From positions 1-28,264 of the IMG/VR virus record IMGVR_UViG_3300020477_000103: a stretch of 28,264 nucleotides of DNA; one strand, 5' to 3'. The notes beneath the pieces are model-generated. The model searched no databases, was not told the DNA's origin, and saw only the letters and a list, made by a program, of their open reading frames with translations. The DNA is from a virus (taxonomy: Duplodnaviria > Caudoviricetes). Below are positions 16,228-25,788 of this stretch, in pieces. Within the stretch, counting starts at the first letter, position 1. Each line of letters starts with the position of its first letter. A program made the translations under genes and the position numbers.

Positions 16228-16629
16228 ATGCTTCTATATAATTGGACAAAAATCTTTGAAACATGCGAAGGCAATGTATTAGAGATGGTAATAGTTTTGA
16301 AGATGTTAGTGGAAAAACAAATCCCTAATAATCGTTTTGATAGAATCTATAAATATTCGAATATCGATTTCAAGGGGGAGTCTTTTTTGCTACATCCTGA
16401 TGTCCTTTTATATAATTGCTATCAATACGGCTATAAAGATGTCTGTATATACGCTGGCTTAGCAAGTTTGCGTTCTTATGCAGAATATAAAGCCTTTGGT
16501 AAAATAACATTGGATGTATTGCATTTACCAATAGATCCTTTTATATTTTTAAACAATCATAGTCTACTTCAGGTAAAAGGTGACCAAGTTCATTTTTTAT
16601 ATGAAGAAGCCCCAACGGAGATACATTAA
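16228..16629 (+). CDS. conserved T5-like protein between D10 and D11
   Basis: GESFLLHP, YAGLASLRSY, HFLYEE; syntenic position. Confidence 0.72.
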   Translation: MLLYNWTKIFETCEGNVLEMVIVLKMLVEKQIPNNRFDRIYKYSNIDFKGESFLLHPDVLLYNCYQYGYKDVCIYAGLASLRSYAEYKAFGKITLDVLHLPIDPFIFLNNHSLLQVKGDQVHFLYEEAPTEIH

Positions 16630-16630
16630 A

Positions 16631-17257
16631 ATGGCAATATCATTTAATCAGCAGAAAGGTTCTGCTCAAAAAACCTCAATTAGCACTTTTCAGTACAAGG
16701 ACGGAGATAATTCTTTTCGTCTGTGTGGCGACATTCTTGCTCGCTATGTTTACTGGGTAAAGGGCGAAAACGACAAAAACATCCCTTTAGAGTGTCTGTC
16801 GTTTGATCGCAATACTGAGTCTTTCAACAACAAAGAGAAGGATTGGGTTCGTGAGTACTACCCCGACCTCAAGTGTGGTTGGAGCTATGCCACTCAGTGC
16901 ATAGACAATGGCGAAGTAAAAGTTGTAAATCTAAAGAAGAAGCTTTGGGAGCAGATTATTACTGCTGCTGAAGACCTAGGCGATCCCACTGATCCAGAAT
17001 CTGGGTGGGATATAAAATTCAAGCGAGTTAAAACTGGACCTCTTCCTTACAATGTAGAGTATCAGCTTCAACCCCTAAAGTGCAAGCCTAGTGCACTTAA
17101 TGACGACGAGATGGAGCTTATTGCTGATCTTAAGTCTATGGATGATGTAATGCCTCGTCCAACCCCTGATGCTCAAAAAGAGCTTTTGGATCGTATTCGT
17201 CAAGCGGATACGAATGAAGTCGATGAAACCCTTGAAGCGGAGTTCAATGTAGCGTGA
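16631..17257 (+). CDS. D11: T5 D11-like putative ssDNA-binding protein
   Basis: ARYVYW, PLECLSFDR, LKKKL, GDPTD..GWD, KTGPLPYNVEYQL, acidic tail; GGAG SD. Confidence 0.85.
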   Translation: MAISFNQQKGSAQKTSISTFQYKDGDNSFRLCGDILARYVYWVKGENDKNIPLECLSFDRNTESFNNKEKDWVREYYPDLKCGWSYATQCIDNGEVKVVNLKKKLWEQIITAAEDLGDPTDPESGWDIKFKRVKTGPLPYNVEYQLQPLKCKPSALNDDEMELIADLKSMDDVMPRPTPDAQKELLDRIRQADTNEVDETLEAEFNVA

Positions 17258-18204
17258 TCCTATTCACAGCAGATTGGCACTTAAAACTGGGACAGAAAAA
17301 TGTCCCAGTTGAGTGGGCTAAAAATAGATATATTAAGTTCTTTAATCAGATTGCTGAAGTAGAAGAACGATGCTCTGCACACATAATCGGAGGCGATCTA
17401 TTTGATCGTCTTCCGACTATGGAAGAATTAGAGTTATATTTTACCTTTGTGGCTAATGTAAAAATTCCCACTATAATATATGACGGGAACCATGAAGCTA
17501 CAAAGAAAAATAAAACTTTTTTTACTCAACTAAAGGAAGCAACTCGACAAATAAATGAAAATGTGTTTATTGAGGATAAAGTTGCTGATTATGAAGAGTT
17601 TCAAATACTTCCCTATTGTGAATTACATAAAAAGAATATTTTTGACAAGTTAAATAAAAAAATCCCTCTGTTCACGCATGTTAGGGGTGAAATTCCCCCA
17701 CATGTAAAACCAGAAATTGACTTGGACTTATTAAAAGATTTCCCTATAGTATTAGCAGGGGACTTACATGCCCACAGCAATACTCAAAGAAATATTGTTT
17801 ATCCAGGTAGTCCTATGACCACGTCATTTCATAGGAATGAGGTAGAAACAGGATATTTATTAATTGATGAAAATTTTAATTGGAAGTGGTATAAATTTGA
17901 TCTACCACAACTACTTAGAAAAACAGTTAGTAGCCCTGAGGAGATGATTCCAAGTGAGTATAATCACACAATTTATGAACTAGAAGGTGATATTCAAGAC
18001 CTGTCAAAAGTAAAAAATTCAGAACTTTTAGACAAGAAAGTAGTAAGACGAAGTACAGAAGCAACCTTAGTTTTAAACAAAGAAATGAGTATAAGTGAAG
18101 AGCTAGCAGAATATTTAGAATATATACTAGAGCTTCCGAAAGAAAAAATATCCAGTATTATAGGAACTTTTAATGATTACTCTAAAACAGCTACAGTGGA
18201 ATAA
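17254..18204 (+). CDS. D12: SbcD/Mre11-like nuclease (T5 D12)
   Basis: ADWH, GGDLFD, GNHE, HVRGEIPPHV, GDLH, YPGSP. Confidence 0.93.
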   Translation: MILFTADWHLKLGQKNVPVEWAKNRYIKFFNQIAEVEERCSAHIIGGDLFDRLPTMEELELYFTFVANVKIPTIIYDGNHEATKKNKTFFTQLKEATRQINENVFIEDKVADYEEFQILPYCELHKKNIFDKLNKKIPLFTHVRGEIPPHVKPEIDLDLLKDFPIVLAGDLHAHSNTQRNIVYPGSPMTTSFHRNEVETGYLLIDENFNWKWYKFDLPQLLRKTVSSPEEMIPSEYNHTIYELEGDIQDLSKVKNSELLDKKVVRRSTEATLVLNKEMSISEELAEYLEYILELPKEKISSIIGTFNDYSKTATVE

Positions 18205-19966
18205 CTGTTTTAGCTATGGTTCGGACAATGAGTTATTACTAGACGATAATACTGTAACTCAGATAATTGGAACAAATGGTACAGGAAAATCCTCTATACC
18301 TTTGATTATAGAGGAGGCTCTGTATAACAAAAATTCCAAAGGAATCAAAAAAGCAGATATTCCAAATAGATATGTTGGTAAAGGTTACAACATAAAATTA
18401 ACCTTTATAAAAGATGACGATACCTATGTTGTAAGTATTGATAGAAAAACAAATGTAAAAGTAAAGCTAGAAAGGAACGGAGAAGATATTTCTAGCCATA
18501 CTGCTACAAATACTTATAAAACAATTCAAGAGGTTATTGGGGTCGATTTTAAAACTTTTTCCCAATTAGTATATCAAAATACAAATGCTAGTTTACAATT
18601 CTTAACAGCAACAGATACGAACAGGAAAAAGTTTTTAATCGACCTATTACATCTTGAAAACTATGTAGAATTATTTGATATTTTTAAAGAAGAAGCAAGA
18701 AAGTCTTCCTTAGAAATTAACGGAATTCAAGCAAAGTTAGATACCATTGAAAAATGGTTGGAAGATAACAAATTGGGTGATACCAATATACTTCCAATGT
18801 TAAATTTAGAAATTTCGACGGATGAAGAAGAGAAAGAATTCCGTTACCTTACGAAAGAAATTGAAAATATTTCGGAAAAAAATAAAAAAATCTCAAAAAA
18901 TAATCAACTGAAAGACTTACTTGGTCAAATTGATTTACAAGAAGCACAAAATTGTAAAATAACTGAGAAAGTCTCATATGACGATTTGCAAGCTGAGATT
19001 GGAACATACTCTCAAGTCTCAACGGGGTCTCAACGCCTCGTAGAAAAACTAGAGAAATTAGGGGATGTTTGTCCTACTTGCGAGCAGGAAGTTGACCCAA
19101 GTTTTAAACAGTCTCTTGTAGACACAGAGTCCCAAAAGATACTTGACTCAGAGAAAAATATTTATGAAATTGAGAAAAAAATTAGACGAATTAAGGCTGA
19201 CAATAAAGAATTCGAGCGTTGTCAAAAGCTCGAAGCAGATTGGACAGACTTGTATCGCAGCATTGATAAAAGCTTACCAGGTACCCTTTTGGATAAGCAA
19301 GAGCTTGAAAGCCGCTTGGCAAGCGTTCGAGCTGACTTACTTCAAAGAAAAGAGCAGTTGGCAAGCAACGCAGCGGAAAACGAAAAAAGGACAAAACACA
19401 ACACCAGAATCCAAGTAATACAAGAACAGACAAATGCTTTTCTTTTAGAAGCAGCAGAGTTTCAAGACGTTCTTATAAAACAGGAAAGTCTTCTTTCCAA
19501 TCTGGAAGTATTGAAAAAAGCCTTCAGTACAAATGGTCTATTAGCTTACAAGATTGAAAATCTTGTCAAAGAGTTGGAAGAATTAGCGAACACCTATCTA
19601 GCAGAGCTTTCTGATGGTAGGTTTACTCTTGAATTCGTAGTATCTAATGATAAATTAAATGTCCAAGTCGAAGACGATGGCAAAATAGTAGATATTCTCG
19701 CACTTTCTTCAGGAGAGTTAGCTAGAGTAAATACAGCAACTCTTATTGCTATAAGAAAGCTAATGAGTAGTATCTCTAAGTCTAGGCTTAACATTTTATT
19801 TTTAGATGAAGTTATTGCAGTATTAGATGACACAGGGCGTGAGAAACTAGTAGAGGTTCTTCTTGAGGAAGATTTGAACACTTACATCGTTTCACACGGT
19901 TGGACTCACCCGCTACTCGATAAAAAAGAAGTAGTAAAAGAAGAAAATATAAGTAGGTTAGAATGA
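18173..19966 (+). CDS. D13: SbcC/Rad50-like ATPase (T5 D13)
   Basis: Walker A GTNGTGKSS, coiled coil with CPTC hook, LSSGE, LFLDE, VSH. Confidence 0.94.
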   Translation: MITLKQLQWNNCFSYGSDNELLLDDNTVTQIIGTNGTGKSSIPLIIEEALYNKNSKGIKKADIPNRYVGKGYNIKLTFIKDDDTYVVSIDRKTNVKVKLERNGEDISSHTATNTYKTIQEVIGVDFKTFSQLVYQNTNASLQFLTATDTNRKKFLIDLLHLENYVELFDIFKEEARKSSLEINGIQAKLDTIEKWLEDNKLGDTNILPMLNLEISTDEEEKEFRYLTKEIENISEKNKKISKNNQLKDLLGQIDLQEAQNCKITEKVSYDDLQAEIGTYSQVSTGSQRLVEKLEKLGDVCPTCEQEVDPSFKQSLVDTESQKILDSEKNIYEIEKKIRRIKADNKEFERCQKLEADWTDLYRSIDKSLPGTLLDKQELESRLASVRADLLQRKEQLASNAAENEKRTKHNTRIQVIQEQTNAFLLEAAEFQDVLIKQESLLSNLEVLKKAFSTNGLLAYKIENLVKELEELANTYLAELSDGRFTLEFVVSNDKLNVQVEDDGKIVDILALSSGELARVNTATLIAIRKLMSSISKSRLNILFLDEVIAVLDDTGREKLVEVLLEEDLNTYIVSHGWTHPLLDKKEVVKEENISRLE

Positions 19967-20178
19967 GTAAAAAATCAAAGATATATGTTGACAGTATGAG
20001 AAAGTATCTAGTCGGACAAATAAGTAAGCATGAGATAAATGCAAGAGTCTTTTTAGAGAACCCTGTTGGAGTAGCGGAACATCCCGACGTAGTCGCCACA
20101 CTAGAAGAAGAATTAGGTAAAATTGCTGAGTATAAAGATAAGCTCGATGCGTTAGACGATCTTACCTTCGGTGGTTGA
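19963..20178 (+). CDS. conserved hypothetical phage protein (71 aa)
   Basis: ATGA overlap; NPVGVAEHPD motif. Confidence 0.75.
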   Translation: MSKKSKIYVDSMRKYLVGQISKHEINARVFLENPVGVAEHPDVVATLEEELGKIAEYKDKLDALDDLTFGG

Positions 20179-20614
20179 TTCAAGAGCTAAAGGAGCACGC
20201 GGCGAATATTTAGTACGGGATCTACTTCGAGAACATACAAATCTTCAATTTGAACGTGTACCAATGTCAGGTGCTTTAGAGTACCTGAAGGGGGATTTGT
20301 ACGTCCCAAATGAAAAGAATATTTATTGTATTGAAGTAAAGAACTACGCTGATACTCCTTTAACGGATAAAATATTAACGCAAAAGAAAACTAATAACTT
20401 AAGTCGATGGTGGAAGAAACTCAAAAATCAAGCATGTAGTGGTAAACAAAAACCGTTATTATTTTTTAAATATAACAGGTCAAAAATATATGCAGCCACA
20501 GAAGCATGTCCTAAAAATACGAGTTTTATCTTTATCAGCGATTTACAGTGCTATGTTTGTATTGCAGAAGATTGGTTAAATAACGAAGAAATAAGGTTTA
20601 TAAATGGCACTTAG
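20171..20614 (+). CDS. D14: T5 D14-like PD-(D/E)xK nuclease, putative Holliday junction resolvase
   Basis: DSRAKGARGE, ERVPMSGA, LKGD, IEVK, PLLFFK. Confidence 0.87.
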   Translation: MVDSRAKGARGEYLVRDLLREHTNLQFERVPMSGALEYLKGDLYVPNEKNIYCIEVKNYADTPLTDKILTQKKTNNLSRWWKKLKNQACSGKQKPLLFFKYNRSKIYAATEACPKNTSFIFISDLQCYVCIAEDWLNNEEIRFINGT

Positions 20615-21428
20615 TTTTAATTCGCAAAGAAAAGAGGGCACAATGATAGTTGATGCCCTTAATTTAGCTTTTAGATGGAAACATCAGGGCAGAACAGATT
20701 TTAGGTATGAGTACGAAAAGACAGTACATAGTCTTGCAGACTCATACAAGTGTGGAAATGTAATACTTACAGCGGATGGCGGCTCTTCTAAGTATAGGAA
20801 AGATATACTTCCTGATTATAAGCAGAATCGAAAAGATAAGTACGCAACTCAAACGGAAGAAGAAAAAATTGCGTTTGAAGAGTTCTTTGAAGAGTATCAA
20901 GCTACTATAGATATGTTGAGCGGCTTTTTAACTGTACTTCAATTTGATGGAGTAGAAGCGGATGATATTGCAGCACACTTAGTAAAAGAAAAAGATAAGT
21001 ATGGTTTCGGTGAAATCTGGTTAATTTCTAGTGACCGAGACTGGGATCTACTAATACAAGAAGGTGTAAGTAGATTTTCTTATGTAAATAGAAAAGAAGT
21101 AAGAATTCAAAACTGGTATGACCACTACGAAGTAAGTCCAGAACAGTATATCTCCTTAAAGTGCCTAACTGGTGATAAAGGGGATAATGTTCCTGGCATA
21201 ACAGGTATTGGTCCAAAACGGGCAAAAGACTTAATTGTTGCATATGGGGATGCAATGAATATTTATGATTCGCTACCTATTGCTAGTAAGTATAAGCATA
21301 TTCAAGAGTTAAATGCTTGTGGAGAGAGAATACTTCAAAACTATGAATTAATGGATTTAATGTCTTATTGTGATGATGCTATAGGAGGAGGAAATATAGC
21401 AAAGATTGAGGAGAGGGTAGCGTGTTAG
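20604..21428 (+). CDS. D15: 5'-3' exonuclease/flap endonuclease (T5 D15)
   Basis: VDALNLAFRWKH, YKQNR, GVEADD, SSDRDW, GDKGDNVPGITGIGPKRA. Confidence 0.95.
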   Translation: MALSFNSQRKEGTMIVDALNLAFRWKHQGRTDFRYEYEKTVHSLADSYKCGNVILTADGGSSKYRKDILPDYKQNRKDKYATQTEEEKIAFEEFFEEYQATIDMLSGFLTVLQFDGVEADDIAAHLVKEKDKYGFGEIWLISSDRDWDLLIQEGVSRFSYVNRKEVRIQNWYDHYEVSPEQYISLKCLTGDKGDNVPGITGIGPKRAKDLIVAYGDAMNIYDSLPIASKYKHIQELNACGERILQNYELMDLMSYCDDAIGGGNIAKIEERVAC

Positions 21429-23191
21429 TAAATTATAGTAGGGATAATTATCTATCTGAGTTTAGTTTAAAAACTCTGGATGATCGATATTTAATTGATG
21501 GTGAAAAGTCACCTCAAGATGCTTTTGCACGTGCAGCTCAAGCCTTTTCTGACAATGAGGCTCATGCACAAAGGTTATATGATTATGCTTCTAAACTTTG
21601 GTTTATGTTCTCTACTCCTATACTTTCTAATGGTGGGACAACTCGCGGGCTTCCTATTAGTTGTTTTCTTAACTATGTTGAGGATAGCAGAAAAGGACTC
21701 ACATCGCATTACACAGAGAATGCTTTTCTTTCTAGCGTGGGCGGCGGCGTTGGTGGCGCTTGGTCGGCTGTTCGTTCTGTAGGCTCTAAGACATCTAATG
21801 GATCGGAAAGTACGGGCGTTATACCTTTTATGAAGGTAGTAGACGCCGAAATGTTAGCATTTTCACAAGGAGTAACAAGGAGAGGAAGTTATGCTGCATA
21901 TTTGGATATATCTCACCCAGAGGTGGAGGAGTTTCTCGATGTTAGAAAACCCACAGGGGGCGATGTTAATAGAAAATCTGTTAATCTGCATCACGGTGTT
22001 GTGGTTAGCGACAGGTTTATGGAGATAATTGAAAATGCTACTAGAATAGCAGGTTTCGATGATTCTTGGGACTTAATTGACCCACATACAGGTAAAATTA
22101 CTAAAACAGTATCTGCTAAAACTTTATGGGTTAAGCTAATACAGAATAGAGTGGAAACTGGGGAACCTTACATTATGTTTGGTGACACAGTTCAGGACGC
22201 TTTACCAAATTGTCAAGCAGATAAAGGATTAAAAGTAAATCACTCTAATCTATGCTCTGAAATTACATTGGCAACTGATGAAGATAGAACCGCAGTATGT
22301 TGTCTATCAAGTGTAAATTTAGAGGAGTATGATGAGTGGTGTAATAAGCCTCAGTTTATTCCCGACCTAGTAAGAATGTTGGACAATGTGATTAGTTACT
22401 TTGTAGAAAATGCGCCTCCAGAACTAGCAAAAGCAGCATATAGTGCTAAACAAGAAAGAAGTCTTGGACTAGGAGCAATGGGATTTCATGCGTATTTACA
22501 GCGTCATAATATTCCGTTTGAAAGTGCAATGGCTAAAGGCAAAAACATGCAAATGTTTCAGCGTATAAAAGCGGAGGCGAAAAATGCGACAAAAAATCTG
22601 GCAGTGGAGCGTGGTGAAGCCCCTGACGCTCTTGGGTACGGGGTTAGAAATGTTCATTTATTGGCTGTGGCTCCCAATGCTAGCAGTTCTATTATCTGTG
22701 GGAATACTTCTCCTAGTATCGAGCCATACAGGGCTAATGCATTTACGCAAAAAACTAAATCGGGATCATCTCTATTAAAAAATGAATACCTTGAACACAT
22801 ATTACAAGAAATGGGGCAAGATACAGACGAAGTATGGAAAAGTATTATTACGAATAATGGTTCTGTGCAACATCTTGATTTTCTGGATAATTGGACTAAA
22901 GATGTCTTTAAGACTGCTGTAGAAATAGATCAGCGTTGGGTTATAGATATGGCAGCAGATAGACAAAAAGAAATTTGCCAAAGCCAATCATTAAACATAT
23001 TTTTTCCTGCAAACGTCTCAAAACAGGAACTTCATGCTATACATATGATGGCATGGAAAAAGAAAGTAAAAACCTTATACTACTTACGAAGTGAGGCTAT
23101 TAAAAGAGCAGAAACAGTTTCTGATGAAGCTCTAAGACAGTATATATTCGATAGTATGGAGGAGGAGGCTTGTTTGGCTTGTGAGGGCTAA
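21422..23191 (+). CDS. nrdA: class I ribonucleotide reductase alpha subunit, no ATP cone
   Basis: STPILSNGG, ISCFL, SNLCSEI, VCCLSS, APNASSS, TLYY, C-terminal CLACEG. Confidence 0.96.
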   Translation: MLVNYSRDNYLSEFSLKTLDDRYLIDGEKSPQDAFARAAQAFSDNEAHAQRLYDYASKLWFMFSTPILSNGGTTRGLPISCFLNYVEDSRKGLTSHYTENAFLSSVGGGVGGAWSAVRSVGSKTSNGSESTGVIPFMKVVDAEMLAFSQGVTRRGSYAAYLDISHPEVEEFLDVRKPTGGDVNRKSVNLHHGVVVSDRFMEIIENATRIAGFDDSWDLIDPHTGKITKTVSAKTLWVKLIQNRVETGEPYIMFGDTVQDALPNCQADKGLKVNHSNLCSEITLATDEDRTAVCCLSSVNLEEYDEWCNKPQFIPDLVRMLDNVISYFVENAPPELAKAAYSAKQERSLGLGAMGFHAYLQRHNIPFESAMAKGKNMQMFQRIKAEAKNATKNLAVERGEAPDALGYGVRNVHLLAVAPNASSSIICGNTSPSIEPYRANAFTQKTKSGSSLLKNEYLEHILQEMGQDTDEVWKSIITNNGSVQHLDFLDNWTKDVFKTAVEIDQRWVIDMAADRQKEICQSQSLNIFFPANVSKQELHAIHMMAWKKKVKTLYYLRSEAIKRAETVSDEALRQYIFDSMEEEACLACEG

Positions 23192-23351
23192 ACTTTGGAC
23201 AATTTGGAAGCACGCTCTTGGTTCATACAGCGAAGAGGATGGGTTTGATCCTGCTAATGATAATGCGATTGCACTAATAAGAACAAGTATTTTAATTGTT
23301 AATCTTATATGTGCATTCCTTATCATGGCAAATATAATACATAATTGGTGA
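23181..23351 (+). CDS. 56-aa membrane protein between nrdA and nrdB; not in ORF track
   Basis: GTG start after GGAGGAGG; MRAKLWTIWKHALGSYSEEDGFDPANDNAIALIRTSILIVNLICAFLIMANIIHNW. Confidence 0.75.
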   Translation: MRAKLWTIWKHALGSYSEEDGFDPANDNAIALIRTSILIVNLICAFLIMANIIHNW

Positions 23352-23354
23352 TAT

Positions 23355-24314
23355 ATGAGTCTATTAGAAGAACGAGAATATTATAAGCCTTTTGCATATC
23401 CGTGGGCATTTGAACATTATAAGACCCAGCAACATATGCATTGGCTTCCGGATGAAGTTAACCTCGCTGATGATCTTAGAGATTACAGAGAAAAACTTAC
23501 TCCTGAAAATAAAAAACTAATTACGCAAATATTTAGATTTTTTACTCAAGCAGATGTAGATGTTTGCTGTGGGTATGCAAAACATTATTTGCCAACTTTT
23601 AAGCAACCTGAAGTAAGAATGATGTTGTCTGCTTTTGCAGCAATGGAGGCTGTACATCAGGAAGCTTATTCCCTGCTCCTAGAAACACTGGGATTTGGGG
23701 ATCATGAGTACCGAAAATTCTTCGAGCATAAAGAAATGTTAGCAAAACATGAGCATCTTAGTAATTTTGGTATGGAAACTCCGATGGATATTGCTAAAAC
23801 AATGGCAATATACTCGGCATTTACCGAGGGGGTACAGCTATTTAGTAGTTTTGCTATCTTGCTTAACTTTCCTCGGCACAACCTTATGAAAGGTATGGGT
23901 CAAATCGTCACATGGTCTGTGCGAGATGAAACATTACATGTTGAAGGAATGTCACAACTCTTTCGCACTTTCATAAAGGAAAATCCAGATTTATGGACAG
24001 ATGATCTAAAGTATGAAATATACTGTGCTGCAGAGAGAACCGTGGAACTAGAAGATGCTTTTATTGACTTATGTTTTAAAGGCGCAGAAGTACCCGATCT
24101 AACTGCAGAAGAAATAAAAGAATATATTAGATATATTGCAGATCGACGTTTATTAGGTCTTGGAATGAAAAAAATATTTGGGAGTGAGCAAAATCCTTTA
24201 CCGTGGTTAGATTACATGTTAAACGGAGTTGAGCACACTAATTTCTTTGAAAATAGAGCCACGGAGTATTCTCGTGCTAGCACGACGGGTAACTGGCAGG
24301 ATATATTTAAATGA
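23355..24314 (+). CDS. nrdB: class Ia ribonucleotide reductase beta subunit
   Basis: HWLPDE, FFTQAD, EAVHQEAY (radical Tyr), EGVQLFSSF, DETLH, NFFENRATEY. Confidence 0.96.
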   Translation: MSLLEEREYYKPFAYPWAFEHYKTQQHMHWLPDEVNLADDLRDYREKLTPENKKLITQIFRFFTQADVDVCCGYAKHYLPTFKQPEVRMMLSAFAAMEAVHQEAYSLLLETLGFGDHEYRKFFEHKEMLAKHEHLSNFGMETPMDIAKTMAIYSAFTEGVQLFSSFAILLNFPRHNLMKGMGQIVTWSVRDETLHVEGMSQLFRTFIKENPDLWTDDLKYEIYCAAERTVELEDAFIDLCFKGAEVPDLTAEEIKEYIRYIADRRLLGLGMKKIFGSEQNPLPWLDYMLNGVEHTNFFENRATEYSRASTTGNWQDIFK

Positions 24315-24466
24315 ACTTTGATCTAGAGTTAGGAGAGGTGAATGTTATTCTACAAGGTTTGGGGGAACTTCCTGCTAAACTCAGTATGAATCTTATTCAA
24401 AAAATACAAGAACAGGCTGCACCACAAATGCAGCCACAGATGGTATCCGCAGAGGAAGAAGAATGA
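24311..24466 (+). CDS. 51-aa hypothetical protein; not in ORF track
   Basis: ATGA overlaps at both ends; MNFDLELGEVNVILQGLGELPAKLSMNLIQKIQEQAAPQMQPQMVSAEEEE. Confidence 0.78.
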   Translation: MNFDLELGEVNVILQGLGELPAKLSMNLIQKIQEQAAPQMQPQMVSAEEEE

Positions 24467-25047
24467 AAAAAGTACTAGTAGCACTACTATTGCTTCTTCC
24501 GGCACAGGTTTTTGCTGGTGAAATATTCAGCGGAACTGTAGCTGTATCGTCAGACTATGTTTGGCGTGGTTATTCTCAAAATAGTGGCAATGTTGCCGCT
24601 AGTGGGGGTGTTGGAGTAGCACTAGGCAGCTTTACAATGGGGGCGTGGGCTTCGCAAGTTGATTTTGATGATGACGCTAATTTTGAGTACGACCTGTTTG
24701 CAGGCGTATCTCACGATTTTAACGACAAATTCGGGGTCAATGCGGGGTACATAAAGTATAAATGGGATAAAGGGTATGATGATATCGATGAAGCATATGT
24801 TGGTGTAACTATGTGGGATTTAGGTGTTACATACTACAAAGATTTAGATAATTCTGAACTTGACTTTATCAACGTAATATACGGAATTCCCTTCATTGAA
24901 AAAGTTGGATTATCATTAGAGTATGGAAAAGCAACAGGATTTGATTCCTATCAGGCTTTAAATATTTCTAAACAGATTGGGAATTATACTTTAGGAGGTC
25001 AGATCGGGACGGAAGAAACGGTCATAGGCATTTCTTATAATTTCTGA
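24463..25047 (+). CDS. TorF/TIGR02001-family putative outer-membrane porin
   Basis: Signal peptide ending VFA; SSDYVWRGYSQ, GAWASQVDF, EYDLFAG; alternating beta strands; C-terminal YNF beta-signal. Confidence 0.87.
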   Translation: MKKVLVALLLLLPAQVFAGEIFSGTVAVSSDYVWRGYSQNSGNVAASGGVGVALGSFTMGAWASQVDFDDDANFEYDLFAGVSHDFNDKFGVNAGYIKYKWDKGYDDIDEAYVGVTMWDLGVTYYKDLDNSELDFINVIYGIPFIEKVGLSLEYGKATGFDSYQALNISKQIGNYTLGGQIGTEETVIGISYNF

Positions 25048-25074
25048 AAATAAGGGGCGAAAGCCCCTTTTTTT
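25047..25074. terminator. intrinsic terminator between the convergent arms, probably bidirectional
   Basis: AAAAT-AAGGGGC-GAAA-GCCCCTT-TTTTT. Confidence 0.92.
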
Positions 25075-25753
25075 ACTGCGGACAAACAGGTATTGACTGT
25101 CCAGTCGCACCAACGCTAATAATTCCTGCGCTGCCTGGACCAATACAGTTAACTCCAGGAATCCAAATCTGACTATCTTCACCACTGTTAGTATTTAAAT
25201 TATTTATTATTTGTAATAGATAATTGTCAATATTACTAAAGTTAGTAGAGTAGTCAGGATAATCCGTAGGATTCATATACTCCATTGAAGTATTCAAAGC
25301 ATTAAACCCTCCTAGACCCAAATTCATCATATTATCTGAATTGTTGCCCATAAGGCCGTAAAGCTCTGTAGTGTTTTGCTGATCCGCTTGAATTCTAGAT
25401 ATTTGAGTATCTTTATTATACCTTGCCATAGTTTTAGTTGCATCATTAGATAGCCACATAGAACCTAATCCAGCTATTGGGCCCGATAATACTTGTGCCC
25501 ACTGTAATGCTTCTGACTTCTGAGGCTGAGGAACTATAGAGTTCTGACTCGTCATTGCTAAAGCCATTACTGCTGCTGTTGACGCTTCTCCCCCATTTCC
25601 CGCAATCTTTCCTAATGCATCATATCGAGCCTGCATCATTTTTGATTGTGCGATTGCTGCATTTTGCACAGCGGTATAATACTCAGTTGTTTGCGTGCTA
25701 GTACACGCGCCTAGACTTAGGACTAATAGCCCTAGAGTCAATAGTTTTTTCAT
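25073..25753 (-). CDS. lipoprotein of unknown function
   Basis: MKK, hydrophobic core, lipobox LGAC; AAGGAGG SD. Confidence 0.82.
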   Translation of the reverse strand: MKKLLTLGLLVLSLGACTSTQTTEYYTAVQNAAIAQSKMMQARYDALGKIAGNGGEASTAAVMALAMTSQNSIVPQPQKSEALQWAQVLSGPIAGLGSMWLSNDATKTMARYNKDTQISRIQADQQNTTELYGLMGNNSDNMMNLGLGGFNALNTSMEYMNPTDYPDYSTNFSNIDNYLLQIINNLNTNSGEDSQIWIPGVNCIGPGSAGIISVGATGQSIPVCPQ

Positions 25754-25788
25754 ATCATAAGTCCTCCTTATAAAAATTGGGCTAAGCC

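Noticed and set aside
19988-20020. TTGACA inside the 71-aa ORF
   Set aside because: No -10 hexamer at suitable spacing.
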